A stretch of DNA of 64,000 nt from Octopus sinensis (lineage: Eukaryota), in contig NC_043020.1 of the NCBI RefSeq assembly GCF_006345805.1, forward strand, positions 8,804,001 through 8,868,000, written 5' to 3'. Below, piece after piece: positions 24,640 through 38,134 of the stretch. The number at the start of each line of letters is the position of its first letter. Within the stretch, counting starts at the first letter, position 1. A program made the position numbers and the translations under genes. The notes below the pieces were generated by a model. It had not been told where the DNA came from and did not search any database. It saw nothing but the letters and a program-made list of their open reading frames with translations.

Positions 24640-24983
24640 TATAAGAATTTTTTGTGTAATAAGATAAAAAAAACCAAGGCAGTATAGATATTAGAGCATT
24701 TATAGATAGGTCTTACAGCTGTTTCTGGGATATTGATTAATAATAATATCCCTTCATCGGAGACGGTGTGAGAGGATAGTTAAGTCATAGTTAATTTAGA
24801 TGTGTTAGTTTAGATTGTATCACATCTAAACTATGACTTAACCATCCTCTCACACCGTCTCCGATGAAGGGATATTATTAATTAATATCCTAGAAACAGC
24901 TGTAAGACCTATCTATCTATAAATGCTCTAATATCTATACTGCCTTGGTTATTTTTTATTTTATTACACAAAAAATTCTTATA
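24640..24983. mobile_element. Long inverted repeat (about 160-bp arms), second Penelope-like pLTR family
   Basis: 24640-24804 is the reverse complement of 24821-24983, with a few indels. The right end runs into (TA)n. Confidence 0.75.
24857..24908 (+). ncRNA. Minimal type-I hammerhead ribozyme motif with palindromic loop III (mirror copy on the minus strand at 24710-24764)
   Basis: GTCT-CCGATGA-A[GGGATATT...AATATCCT]A-GAA-AC.AGCT.GT-A-AGAC: helix I GTCT/AGAC, 8-bp helix II, 2-bp helix III capped by self-complementary AGCT, GUA site. Confidence 0.6.
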
Positions 24984-24999
24984 TATATATATATATATA

Positions 25000-25505
25000 T
25001 TTTATATTAATACATACATTTTATATATATATATATATATATATACATACAACACATATACATTATATATATATATATACATACAATACATTATATATAT
25101 ATATATATATATATATAATTATATACATATACAATACATATACATTATATATATATATATAAATACAAACATATACATTATATATATATATATATACATA
25201 CAATACATATACATTAATATATATATATTATATATATATACATACAATACATTAATATATATATATACATACAATACATATACATTATATATATATATAT
25301 ACATACAATACATATACATTATATATATATATATACATACAATACATATACATTATATATATATATATACATACAATACATATACATTATATATATATAT
25401 ATATAGATATATATATCTACATACAATACATAATATATATATATATATATACATACAATACATAATATATATATATACATACAATACATATACATATATA
25501 TGTAT
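25000..25505. repeat. (TA)n-based minisatellite with ATACATACAATACATATACATT core
   Basis: The core recurs about every 30-40 bp with a variable TA number. Confidence 0.9.
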
Positions 25506-25904
25506 GTGAGTATGATATTTCCTTTGATTTTAGATAACAGCAGTCACACACATGCCACACAAGAATGATGTCAGATGCTCAGCCAATTCTAACAATACTC
25601 CTTAAATTGTTTAATCAATATTTGATTCATTGATTTAACATAGAAAAATGCCAGAGTCTTCTACAAGCACATGTATTAAGACAAAACCCCAAATTGAATC
25701 AACAGGATTCAGCTTGTATACTATGGCAAGGCTGTTGCATTGATTTTCAGAGAGAATCTACCTGACAAGCTTCCACACAGTTTTCATTTATCCAATTTCC
25801 CTCAGAAGACACAGATCATCTCAAGTTTAAGACAAAAGACACTCGCTCCAGGTGCCATGCTGTGGGATTGAACCGCAAGCCTCATAACCCAAAGCTATAT
25901 TTTA

Positions 25905-26862
25905 TCTTATTTTTTACTTGTTTTGGCCATTAGACTGTGACCATACTGGAGCAGCACTTTGATGAATTTTTAGTCAAATAAATCAACACCAATGCTTTCT
26001 TTTTAAGACTGGTACTTATTCTATCAGTCTCTTTTGCTGAGTCACTAAGTTACAGGGATGTAAATCACACCAACACCACTTCTTTCAGTTTCTGTCTACC
26101 AAATCCACTCACAAGGCTTCGTTCGCCCAAGACTATAGCAGAAGACACTTGCCCATTGTGCCACACACTGACACAGAACTCGGAATCATATTGTTCGGAA
26201 GCAAACATCTTACCACACAGCCACGCCTGCACCTATATATTCTTTTATTTGTTTCAGTCATTTGACTGTGGCCATGCTGAAGCACTGCCTTTAGTTGAAC
26301 AAATCGACCCCAGAACTTATTCTATGTAAGCCTAGACTTATTCTATCAGTCTCTGTTGCTGCACCGCTAAGTTACGGGGGTGTAAACACACCAGCATCAG
26401 TTGTCCAGCGATGGTGTGGTGGTGGTGGGGGACAAACACAGACACACAAACATACACACACATATTATATATATATATATATACGACGGACTTTCAGTTT
26501 CCGTTTACTAAATCCACTCACAAGGCTTTGGTCGGCCCGAGGCTATAGTAAGAAGACACTTGCCCATTGTGCCACACACTGACACAGAACTCGGAATCAT
26601 ATTGTTCGGAAGCAAACATCTTACCACACAGCCACGCCTGCACCTATATATTCTTTTATTTGTTTCAGTCATTTGACTGTGGCCATGCTGAAGCACTGCC
26701 TTTAGTTGAACAAATCGACCCCAGAACTTATTCTATGTAAGCCTAGTACTTATTCTATCAGTCTCTTTGCTGAACCGCTAAGTTACGGGGGTGTAAACAC
26801 ACCAGCATCAGTTGTCCAGCGATGGTGGTGGTGGTGGGGGACAAACACAGACACACAAACAT

Positions 26863-26893
<31 letters not shown>

Positions 26894-27052
26894 CGACGGA
26901 CTTTCAGTTTCCGTTTACTAAATCCACTCACAAGGCTTTGGTCGGCCCGAGGCTATAGTAGAAGACACTTGCCCAAGGTACCATGCAGTGGGATTGAACC
27001 CGGAACCATGTGGTTGGTAAGCAAGATACTTACCACACAGCCACGCCTGCAC
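25905..27052 (-). mobile_element. Tandem trimer of family B SINE (about 410-bp period)
   Basis: gaagacacttgccc at 26141, 26552 and 26961. The units share private variants. Confidence 0.85.
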
Positions 27053-27166
27053 CTATACATCCATATATTGTATCGGTATCTATCTGTTACCTGTATTATC
27101 CCCGGGCATTGGAATGCAGGTAACAACAGGATAAACAAGAGTTTATCAGGAACCCATGCAAATAAT

Positions 27167-27468
27167 TAGAAAATGGAGAAGACCTCTGATTAAGCAACAC
27201 ATCGGTTGGACCACCTTTATAGCTTATTTTTTAATATAACTTGTTTTTAACTCTGATGAAGCTCCATTGCCTTAATTCGAATGCCCTATGAAGATGAAGG
27301 ACTTTATTCCCGCATTTATTTACAGACAGCATTTTGGTAACTGATCAGAAATGGACATAAGATATGTTATGTCACCTATTTTGTCATGTCATGCTTTGTA
27401 TTAAAAAATAAGTTATACATATGGTCCAACAGATGTGTTGCTTAATCTGTGGTTGTCTCCATTTTCTG
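27167..27468. mobile_element. Foldback/MITE-like element with about 70-bp imperfect terminal inverted repeats
   Basis: 27167-27235 is approximately the reverse complement of 27400-27468. (TA)-rich repeat follows. Confidence 0.65.
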
Positions 27469-27469
27469 A

Positions 27470-27745
27470 TTTTATATATATATACAACATACATATACAA
27501 TATATAAACAATATACATATATATATAGAAACAATATACATATATATATATATACAATATACATATATATATATACAATATACATATATATATATATACA
27601 ATATATATATATATATATATAACATATATATATATATACAATATACATATATCATATATACAATATACATATATATATATACAATATACATATACAATAT
27701 ACATATATATATACAATATACATATATATATATACAATATACATT
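27470..27745. repeat. (TA)-rich minisatellite (ATATACAATATACATATAT)
   Basis: Direct inspection. Confidence 0.9.
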
Positions 27746-28043
27746 CATCTCTTTTATCTAACTGCTAAGTTATGGGGAGGTAAGCAAAGCAACACTGGTT
27801 ATCGAGTGGTGGTAGTGGATACACACAAACATAGAGATACACATATACATGTATTGTAAATAATAATAATAATATTTTATAAGCAATCACTGTGCTATGA
27901 CCAAAGAAAATAGTCTAATATTGGGGCATATAAACCCTTGACAAAAAAAGTAGGGTTCTTATAAGCATGGGATGCAAACCAACAGCTCTATGTTTTCACA
28001 AGTGTGTTACCGTTACACATTACCATCTATATATGTATATTTG

Positions 28044-28560
28044 TGCTCACTGACAGAAGTACCAATACCAGCACCCTGTTGGTTACGACGACCAGGGTTC
28101 CAGTTGATCTGATCAATGGAACAGCTTTACTCATGGAATTAACATGCAAGTGGCTGAGTACTCCACAGGCACATGTATCCTTAATGAACCGAGAGATTCA
28201 GTGTGATACAGAATGTAACAAGATTGACCCTTTGAATTACTGGTACTATGCACTCTTGCTAGCTAAGTGGACAGGAGCAACTTGAAATAAAGTGTCTTGC
28301 TCAAAGACAACATGCCACCAGGAATTGAACTCGTGACCTTATAACCATGAACGAGAAACCTGAACCACTAAGCCACGTGTTTTCCACTCAAGGGTACACA
28401 CACAGGTACATGCACTCCTAATTGGCTTTCAGTTTCCATCAACCAAATCATCTTGCAAGGCTTTGGTCAGCCCCAGGGCTATAATAAAAGACACTTGTCC
28501 AAGGTGTCACACAGTGGGACTGAACCCCAAACCACATGGTTTAGAAGCAAACATCGTAAC
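28044..28560 (-). mobile_element. Family A-related SINE followed by a partial family B SINE
   Basis: Shares diverged states with 7700-8026 and with 30235-30420. Confidence 0.7.
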
Positions 28561-29714
28561 TGTATACAAGATGGACAAAGGAGAGCTGAGAAGTGACACT
28601 GGACGGGTCCGTGTTCAAATGTGAATGGAAGAGCAAAGAGGAGAGGTGGGAAGGTGGGTGGAGGGGTGATGTGGGGTGGGTGGAGGATTGATTGGAGGGG
28701 TGAGTGAGAGACAAGAGAGAGGCAAAGAGGCACTGAATTGAGCATGAAAAGCAGAGAAAGGTGCCTCCAGTTGGCATGGCCATGTGACTGCTATTGATTC
28801 AAGAGGAGGGGAAAGTAGGCCAAAGATGACAAGAGGGATGTGGAAGGAAGCAAAGGGAGTCTCCGAAAATAGCCTCCATCTTAGCTGCAGGAGGAGGAGA
28901 GAGAGCGGGAGGGAGAAGAGGTAGGGCTGGTGAGGAGGATGACATATTTGAGGAGGCTGACAAATGCTTTAATCAAAAGATGGTGGTGGGGAGGGAGGGT
29001 AGAGTGAGAGAGAGGGACAAAGTGAGAGAGAGAGAGAGAGAGAGTGATTTCACACACACACAAACATGCATGTGTGCATGCACACGCATTTGTGCACGCA
29101 TACATACACATCTATGCATGCATGTGCACATCCATACAAGCAAATACACACACATCTGTGCATACATGCATGTGCACAAACATGTATGTGCACATATGCA
29201 TGCGCCAGTATGAGCAGGCACGAATAGGTGCACGCTCGTACAGGTGTGTGTGTGTGTGTGTGTGTGTGAATGCACGTACACATGCACACACCTGTATGAG
29301 CATGCACAGACACAGATGTATGAGATGAAAAGAGAGAACATGCAAGAGCGAGAGAGAGAGAGGCAAAGAAATTGAGATGAAAGAATGAGGAGATGTTAAA
29401 AGATTGTAAGATGAGAAAGAAAGAAAGAGAGGAGAGAGAAAATCTGGCAGCATGCAAAGAAAGACAAGGGGGGGAGACAGGAGACAGAGTGAGAGACAAG
29501 AGAGAGGAGAGAGAGAGAGAGAGAGAGAGATAGAAGTCTTATATAGCTTTCCATTGCAAATAATCTGCATAAAAAGGTTGTCAACCCGTAGAATGTATTA
29601 GTACGGCAGCACTATAGAGTTCAGCAACATAGAAACAGAGGTGGGGTGATGGGGGTGGGGAGTGGTGAGAGGAAACAAGTGAGAGAGAGAGGGAAATAAA
29701 GAATGGAAGGTGGT

Positions 29715-29745
<31 letters not shown>

Positions 29746-30767
29746 TAGCGAAGGGGAGGTAGGGTGGAAGGGAGGGGTGTAGGATGTCTCAAAGAGACGA
29801 AGAATAGAGCTGTTCTCTTCCATCCAGTTTTCCATTCTATACATTCATCGTCCAATAGACAATTATCTTTGTAAAAGCAATCTAATTAGGAAAATTGCTT
29901 AGACATCATCATCATTGTCGTCGTCATCATCATCATTGTCTTTGTTCAAAGGTATAAGGTATCCAGGACTAACTGCATTATCTTGGTTATAAATATAACC
30001 TCCTTCCTTTTCTTCTTTTTCTAAAGTTGGTGGGAGGATGTGATTTGAGGGAGATTTGGCAGCTATTTCTAGCAGGACAAGTGGCCACATAGAGGCACCT
30101 TCTTAGCTCAGTCAACAGAGCATCAGAAACATTGTTGCTGTTGTTGACAATGATGATGATGACGACAACAACTGAACAACCCTGAGAACTACATTAAGGA
30201 TACACGTGCCTGTGGAGTACTCAGCCATTTGCACACCACCAGGAATTGAACTCATGACCTTACAACCATGAACGAGAAACCTGAACCACTAAGCCACATG
30301 TTTTCCACTCAAGGGTACACACACACAGGTACATGCACTCCTAATTGGCTTTCAATTTCCATCAACCAAATCAACTTGCAAGGCTTTGGTCAGCCCCAGG
30401 GCTATAATAAAAGACACTTGAGAGACATCAGCAATCAAACACGACACACCCCAACCACTTAGTCTTACCCTCACCGCCACTCAAGTGCCCACTTGCTCCT
30501 CATCAGTTGCATCTGCTAAGCTCCACTTGGCCCTTGTCCCAACCACCCTGACAACAGGCTCCATCCTTATGTTCTAGCTGCTGTTTTAATATCCCGAGCA
30601 CCTATCAATCATTTGTACATGAATAATTTTAAGGCTGTAAGGCAACCAACCGGAACACTTTAAAAACCAAAACCATACCATTCTGCACTTCTGATTATAC
30701 CCTGGGACCAGGGCCCTATGCCGTAGTACACGTTATGAGGACAAGTATCCATCAAATGTAAATAATA

Positions 30768-31320
30768 GGCGCAGGAGTGGCTGCGTGGTAAGTAGCTTGC
30801 TAACCAACCACATGGTTCCGGGTTCAGTCCCACTGCATGGCATCTTGGGCAAGTGTCTTCTGCTATAGCCCCGGGCCGACCAATGCCTTGTAAGTGGATT
30901 TGGTAGATGGAAACTGAAAGAAGCCCGTCATATATATGTGTGGCTGTGTGGTAAGTAGCTTGCTTACCAACTACATGGTTCCGGGTTCAGTCTCACTGCG
31001 TGGCATCTTGGGCAAGTGACTTCTGCTATAGCCCCGGGCCGACCAATGCCTTGTGAGTGGATTTGGTAGACGGAAACTGAAAAGAAGCCTGTCATATATA
31101 TGTATATATATGTGTGTGTTTGTGTGTCTGTGCTTGTCCCCCCAACATCGCTTGACAACCGATGCTGGTGTGTTTACGTCCCTGTCACTTAGCGGTTCGG
31201 TAAAAGAGACCGATAGAATAAGTACTGGGCTTACAAAGAATAAGTCCCGGGGTCGATTTGCTCGACTAAAGGCGGTGCTCCAGCATGGCTGCAGTCAAAT
31301 GACTGAAACAAGTAAAAGAG
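30768..31320 (+). mobile_element. Family B SINE with duplicated head
   Basis: The head and CORE-like block occurs twice (30768-30930 and about 30940-31095) before a single 3' body. Confidence 0.85.
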
Positions 31321-32112
31321 TAATGTACATAATTCCTCATCTCTTAAATATAGAACTGTATTACTTTTAGTATTATCATATTTATATTTGCCCGTTTTTA
31401 TGTTCCGAGTTCAAATCCTGCTAAGGTTGACTTTGCCTTTCATCCTTTCAGGGGTCGATAAAATAAATTGTGCCTTTAGTAAAAAAGGATTATTACAGAG
31501 TGGTAAGGCACCAATTGTTAGCAGGATGAGCAAAAGGCTTAGCAGCATTCTGTCTTTATGTTCTGAGTTCAAATCCTGCTAAGATTGGCATTGCCTTTCT
31601 TCCTCTCAGGGATCGATAAAATAAGTACCAGTCAAACACTGGGGTCGATGTGCCTATAGCAGAAAGGATCCTTTTTTTGGGGGGTTTTTTCAGAGAAAAC
31701 GCAGTGCCCATAGCCTTTGACAGGATCAATGGAAAAGCAATGGCTGGAAGAAGAGAGGTTATTCTCAGAGTAGAGACCCTGATTGAGTATTTGCAAAAGA
31801 GTGGGGTCCACTAAAAGTAGCTGAGGTGGGGGTCACATAGGAGTGATAAATTGGATGATGGATCAAGTCTTCGACAATCTGAGCCAGTGGCAGCAGGATT
31901 TGAACCAGAGAATAAGAAACCAGAACAAATACTGCAAGGCATCTAATCTGATTCTTTTACAGCCCCACTTAATCCACAACCCCAAATCGGAACCGTTTCA
32001 CCAACCCATAAATGGATGGAAATGTAAAAGGAAAAGTTGATCCCAGTGGGATTTGAACTCAGAACAAACACTGCCAGGATAAGTTAAGATATAAACTCAT
32101 AGACTTGTACAA

Positions 32113-32340
32113 GGCGGCGAGCTGGCAGACACGTTAGCGCGCCGGGCGAAATGCTTAGCGGTATTTCGTCTGTCGTTACGTTCTGAGTGCAAATTCCGCC
32201 GAGGTCAACTTTGCTTTTCGTCGTTTCGGGGTCGATAAATAAAGTACCAGTTTCGCACTGGGGGCCATATAATGGACTCAATCCCTTCGTCTGTCCTTGT
32301 TTGTCCCCTCTATGTCCCCCTTGTGAGCAGTAAAGAAATA
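32113..32340 (+). mobile_element. Family C SINE, full length
   Basis: GGCGGCGAGCTGGCAGA head, GAGTGCAAATTCC B-box-like motif, tail gtaaagaaata. Confidence 0.85.
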
Positions 32341-33139
32341 TATAGAGTCATAGGGCTGGTTTCCTGGTTTCCATGACACATCTACTCTCCTCGGATGGGT
32401 CACCAGTCCGTCACAGAATTACTCCTGTTTGCCAGTTGAGTGGACTGGAGCCATGTGGAAGCATTTTGCTCAAGAACACACCACATCAACCAGTCCAGGA
32501 ATTGAAACCCCAATCTTACGTTCATGAGTCCAACACCCCTAACCACTAAGCCAAGTGCCTCCATACAACCAGGGATTCTCGTACAACACTAACGACTTTG
32601 TGCTAGTTTGCCATTTTCTCCTTGCAGTGTGGTTCCTTATGGAGTGGGGGTTGGGGGGGTCGGGAGTGATGGCAGCTAAGAACTGATGGAAATCTGGATC
32701 ATAAGCACCGAACAAGGTTCTCACACCAGGATTTTGGTGGATCTCATAAAATGAATTGATTTTTTTTTTTTCATTCTAAACATCTTACTGTTGGTGGGGT
32801 GGGGGAGATATCCAGAGAAGGGAGGGGAGGGGTTTGCTAAATCGGTTGGGGGTGGGGGGGGGGGTAGTGGTGTTTTTTTGTTTGTTTTTTTTACCTCCCT
32901 TATAATGATGGTAGATTACAAACATGTTCTCTGCCCTGCCTCCTCCCCCTCTTCCTCCTACCACCACCACCACCACCTCATTGACTGATGAAGAAGAATC
33001 AATGACTTAACACAACAACACCTCTTAAACTGATTACTGTGGAAATCCGACATGATTGCTACCATCACCATCACCATCACCACTGCCATAATCAACATCA
33101 TTGCTACCACTATCATTACCACCACCACCATCACCATCA

Positions 33140-33850
33140 TCACACAGTTATTATCTACTACCGCCACAACAACAACACCATCACCATATAGACTACCATA
33201 ATATAAACACCATGGTACCACCAACCACTACCACCATGACTACCACGCCAGTTTACCACCACCACCACCACACAATTACTATCTACTACCACCACAACAA
33301 CACCATCACCATGGTACCACCAACCACTACTACCATGACTACCACGCCAGTATTACCACCACCACCACCACACAATTACTATCTACTACCTCCACAACAA
33401 CACCATCACCATATAGACTACCATAATAAACACCATGGTACCACCAACCACTACCACCATGACTACCACGCCAGTATTACCACCACCACCACACAATTAC
33501 TATCTACTACCACCACAACAACACCATCACCATATAGACTACCATAATAAACACCATGGTACCACCAACCACTACCACCATGACTACCACGCCAGTATTA
33601 CCACCACCACCACACAATTACTATCTACTACCACCACAACAACACCATCACCATATAGACTACCATAATAAACACCATGGTACCACCAACCACTACCACC
33701 ATGACTACCACGCCAGTTTACCACCACCACCACACAATTACTATCTACTACCACCACAACAACACCATCACCATATAGACTACCATAATAAACACCATGG
33801 TACCACCAACCACTACTACCATGACTACCACGCCAGTATTACCACCATCA
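33140..33850. repeat. 120/121-bp minisatellite, about 5.5 units, built from CAC/TAC/AAC triplets
   Basis: atatagactacc at 33186, 33411, 33532, 33653 and 33773. Confidence 0.9.
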
Positions 33851-34369
33851 CCACCACAATCAACATCACTATCACCATCAGAAAACTACCACAATGAACA
33901 GCATAGTACCATCAATTACCACCACCACCACGATGAACACCATTTCTACCACTGTCATATAAGCTATCACAATAAACACTGAACTACCACCAAATACTAT
34001 TACCTGCACCTACAAAACAAAAGTGAAGGGAACCATTGGTACAGGGCTCAGCCTGCTAGAAATAACAAGCAAGTTTTCCTTGTGTAAGCACAATCATCTT
34101 AAATAAGGAGGAACACTTTGGACAAAGCTGCCAGGGATGAACAATGTGTAAAAAAAGAATATAAATAAATAAAAAAAAGACAGGATGGTCACAGGTGAAA
34201 TGTCTGTGGTCACATGACTGTCTGATTGGGACAGCAACAACAACAGAGACTACTAAAATAATCATTAGAGAGAAAAGAAAGAAGATGAAAAAGAAGAAAG
34301 AGAAAAGAGAGAGGCATTCCTTGAATGGATTCTTTGGCTAATCAATACTTTCGCTCTCACTCTCTCTCT

Positions 34370-34870
34370 CTCAATGCATACAGATACATGCATAGACACA
34401 CACACACACGTGCATGCATATGTATACAAACACACACACATATACATATATAAGCACAACCACATATATATGCACACATACACACATAAATACACATATA
34501 TGCACAAACACAATATATACATATATGCACACACACACATACATACACACATGCATATATACATATATATGCACAAATACACACATACATACACATATAT
34601 GCATACATACACATACATATATATGCATACATACACACATATATACATACACATATATAAATGCACACATACGCACATATATGCACACAAACACACATAT
34701 ATGCACAAACACATATACACACATATATATGCACAAATACACATACATATATATGCACAAATACACACATACATATATATGCACAAACACACACATACAT
34801 ATATATGCACACACATACATATATATACATATACACACACACACAGACACGTGTAAACACACACATGTGT
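34370..34870. repeat. Degenerate (CA)/(TA) microsatellite
   Basis: Direct inspection. Confidence 0.9.
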
Positions 34871-34999
34871 GGTGTGGTGGCAGGGGAAGAGGCATTAGTT
34901 CTACACTAATAACTGTGTGTGTGAGGTGGGGGGGGAGACTTTGTTGCATTATTTTTGTTGATAATGCAGAAAAATGCCATGTTGCAATCACCAATCACA

Positions 35000-35530
35000 A
35001 CAACAGCTACTACCACAACAACAATAGCTATTGTAACTACTACTACTACTACTACTACTACTACAATAACATCAGCTACTAGTATAACAACATTACTACT
35101 ACTACAACAACAGCTACTACTGCTGCTACTAGTACTACTACTACAACTACTACTGCTTCTACTACTACTATTGCTGCTACTACTACTACTACTACTACTG
35201 CTTCTACTACTACTACTACTACTACTACTACAATAGCTGCTACTGCTGCTTCTACTACTACAATAGCTACTGCTACTACAATTACACCTACTACTACTAC
35301 TACTACTACAATAGCTACAACTACTACAATAGCTACTACTACTGCTACAATAATAGCTACTACTATTACTACCACCACCACCACTAGAACAACAATAATA
35401 GCTACTACTACTACTACTGCGTTAACAACAGCTAGCAGTACTACAACAAGTACTAACAATAACACCAGCTACTACTGTCACTGCTGCTACAACATCATCA
35501 GCTGCTGCCATTACTACTACTACTACTACT
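35000..35530. repeat. (ACT)n/(ACA)n/(GCT)n trinucleotide array
   Basis: Direct inspection; the source of the poly-T, poly-L and poly-V ORFs. Confidence 0.9.
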
Positions 35531-36332
35531 GAACTAGAAACAGCAGGTAAATCTTTCTCAAATTTCACACAACGATCTTAACAAAAGGAAGGACACGTTT
35601 AGAGAGTGTAGTCCTACAAGGTGAAACAGATGAGGAGGTCATGGCTAGACTTTGATTATGCATGTCCTCAATCAAGACTGACCTGGGGCTAAAAACAACC
35701 ACAACAACAACAACGATGATGAGAGCAGTGAACAGCAACAACAACAATGAGATGAACAGCTATCGACAAAGTAGAAGTGAATATGTAAATAAACAGTTAT
35801 ACTAATTAAGATAAAAAGATAAACTGACGAAGGTATAAATTAACGAGCCAGGTAGCTTAGAGACTTACAGAGTAACAAAAAAAAAAACACACACAAAAAA
35901 TACGCAAACAAATAAAAAAAACCAGAGATCAGGAGATCATCGTAGTCAGCATCACCATCATAATCTTCATTTGTAAGATAAACACAAGGTTGCACAATTT
36001 TCAAGAGAGCAGTGGTTAGTTTTGGACTCTGGCCAAGGTGGACTTAGCAATTCGTCCTTCTGGGGTTAATTAAACACAGAATTAAGTTGTAAACTACATA
36101 GAAACATACATATTTTTTGTCTTATTTACATGAAGGGTGGCAAGAACGGGTGTGGATCAGAGAACCCCCAAGCATAACAAATGATGTTCTCTCTCTCTCT
36201 CCATGCACAGACTTAAATCTGTTGATCTGGTTTCAATTTATACTCAAGCCTTTAGTGTTGTTTTATTTTAATTATATTTATTTATATTTCTAACAGTTTT
36301 ATATATATATAATAAACATTACAACATTCTTT

Positions 36333-36370
<38 letters not shown>

Positions 36371-36443
36371 TTAATATATGTAAATTTATATATATATATA
36401 TATAAATTTATATACATATACGTAAATTATATATATATATATT

Positions 36444-36851
36444 ACTCTTTACTCTTTTACTTGTTTCAGTCATTTGACTGCGGCCATGCTGGAGCACCGC
36501 CTTTAGTCGAGCAACCCGAATCCGGGACTTATTCTTTTTGTAAGCCCAGTACTTATTCTATCGGTCTCTTTTTTGCCGAACCGCTAAGTGACGGGGACGT
36601 AAACACACCAGCATCGGTTGTCAAGCGATGTTGGAGGGACAAACAAAGACACACAAACATATACACATACATATATATACATATATACGACAGGCTTCTT
36701 TCAGTTTCCGTCTACCAAATCCACTCATAAGGCATTGGTCGGCCCGGGGCTATAGCAGAAGACACTTGCCCCAAGATGCCACGCAGTGGGACTGAACCCG
36801 GAACCATGTGGCCTGTTAGCAAGCTGCTTACCACACAGCCACTCCTGCGCC
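36444..36851 (-). mobile_element. Family B SINE, full length
   Basis: Head actcctgcgcc, tail (CTTTTA)n, inserted in (TA)n. Confidence 0.85.
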
Positions 36852-36970
36852 TATATATATATATATATTTTTAAAATTTTATCTAGTTTCAGCTCACGAG
36901 CTGAGGCCATTATAAAAATTTATATACATATACGTAAATTTATATATATATATACATATATATATATACA

Positions 36971-37325
36971 TACTAGCAGTATCGCCCGGCGTTGCTCAGG
37001 TTTGTAAGGGAAATAACTATAAAGCATTTTTAGAGAGTTATAGCGGAAAAAAATGATGCTAAATTTTTTTTAGAGTTAAAAAAGGTCGAGTTGCGTCCGC
37101 TAGACAGTCTGTGGTTTGTGTTTCTGATTCTCGACCCCATGTCGAATTTATCGATTTTTTTTCAGAAGTGGGGGAACTTTTCAAAATTTTCGCTGCGTTA
37201 GTTTTGAATTATGACATTGGGCTATGTGTGTGTCAAGTTTCATCAGAATCGATTGAAAGCCGTGGTCAGGGTGAGGGTACAACCTAACAGACACACAGAA
37301 ACACACACACAGACAAACTGCCGTT

Positions 37326-37330
<5 letters not shown>
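36971..37330 (+). mobile_element. Helentron/DINE-1-like non-autonomous element
   Basis: 5' TACTAGCAGTATCGCCCGGCGTTGCTC shared with 52655 and 53861. The 3' end has an ACAGAC microsatellite and runs into (TA)n. No TSD. Confidence 0.6.
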
Positions 37331-37356
<26 letters not shown>

Positions 37357-38134
37357 TTGTGTGTATGTGTACAACTAATACATGCACACTTGCATATTTA
37401 ACAGCACAGCCAGACAAACATTATATAACTTTCATAAACATGCAGGCACTCAGACACAGATTCGCACTTACAGTTTACACACATACACACCTACCTCTGT
37501 ATGCACACACACACATGCATGCCCACTCAAATCTACACACACACACACACACACTTCATAGTCCCCAACATACCATTACACACATAAATCTATACACATA
37601 TATATATACATGCCTGCAGATGCACACACGCAGATGTGCTCCCATAAAGCCGTAATTCTAATATACACCTTTACACTCATCACATACATGCATGTATACC
37701 CACACACACACACACACACCTGTACATATGCATGCACACACGCAAGTATCACACAATCCAAGCATGTACAAACACACAAATATACAGCGAACATGCATTC
37801 TATACAAAAATGTGCACACACACACAAACACAACACACTGCTAATATATCCTCTACACACACACTCCTTTACGTTTATAATCTACACACACACATTCATA
37901 CACAAACACTGCAAACATATCTCATACACACACACATATCTACACATGCATACACATTCACACACTGCTAACACAGTCTATACATGTTCACACACATCTA
38001 CACACACACACACACTGCTAGCATACATTCAACGCATACATATCTACATGCATATGCATTCACACACCTACACACACGTTCTATACACATACATATAAGC
38101 ATTCACACATCTACTTAGGCATATGTATACACAT

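Noticed and set aside
28647-28700. G-quadruplex motif (GGG..GGG..GGGG..GGGG.GGG)
   Set aside because: It fits the pattern but lies in a generally purine-rich low-complexity tract, with nothing to suggest function.
29584-29605. miR-100/99-like start AACCCGTAGA
   Set aside because: Only the first 10 nt match, the rest diverges, and I saw no precursor hairpin.
33101-33982. Mucin-like or His-rich protein ORFs
   Set aside because: The 121-bp unit shifts frame at each repeat, and no splice or signal-peptide context was seen.
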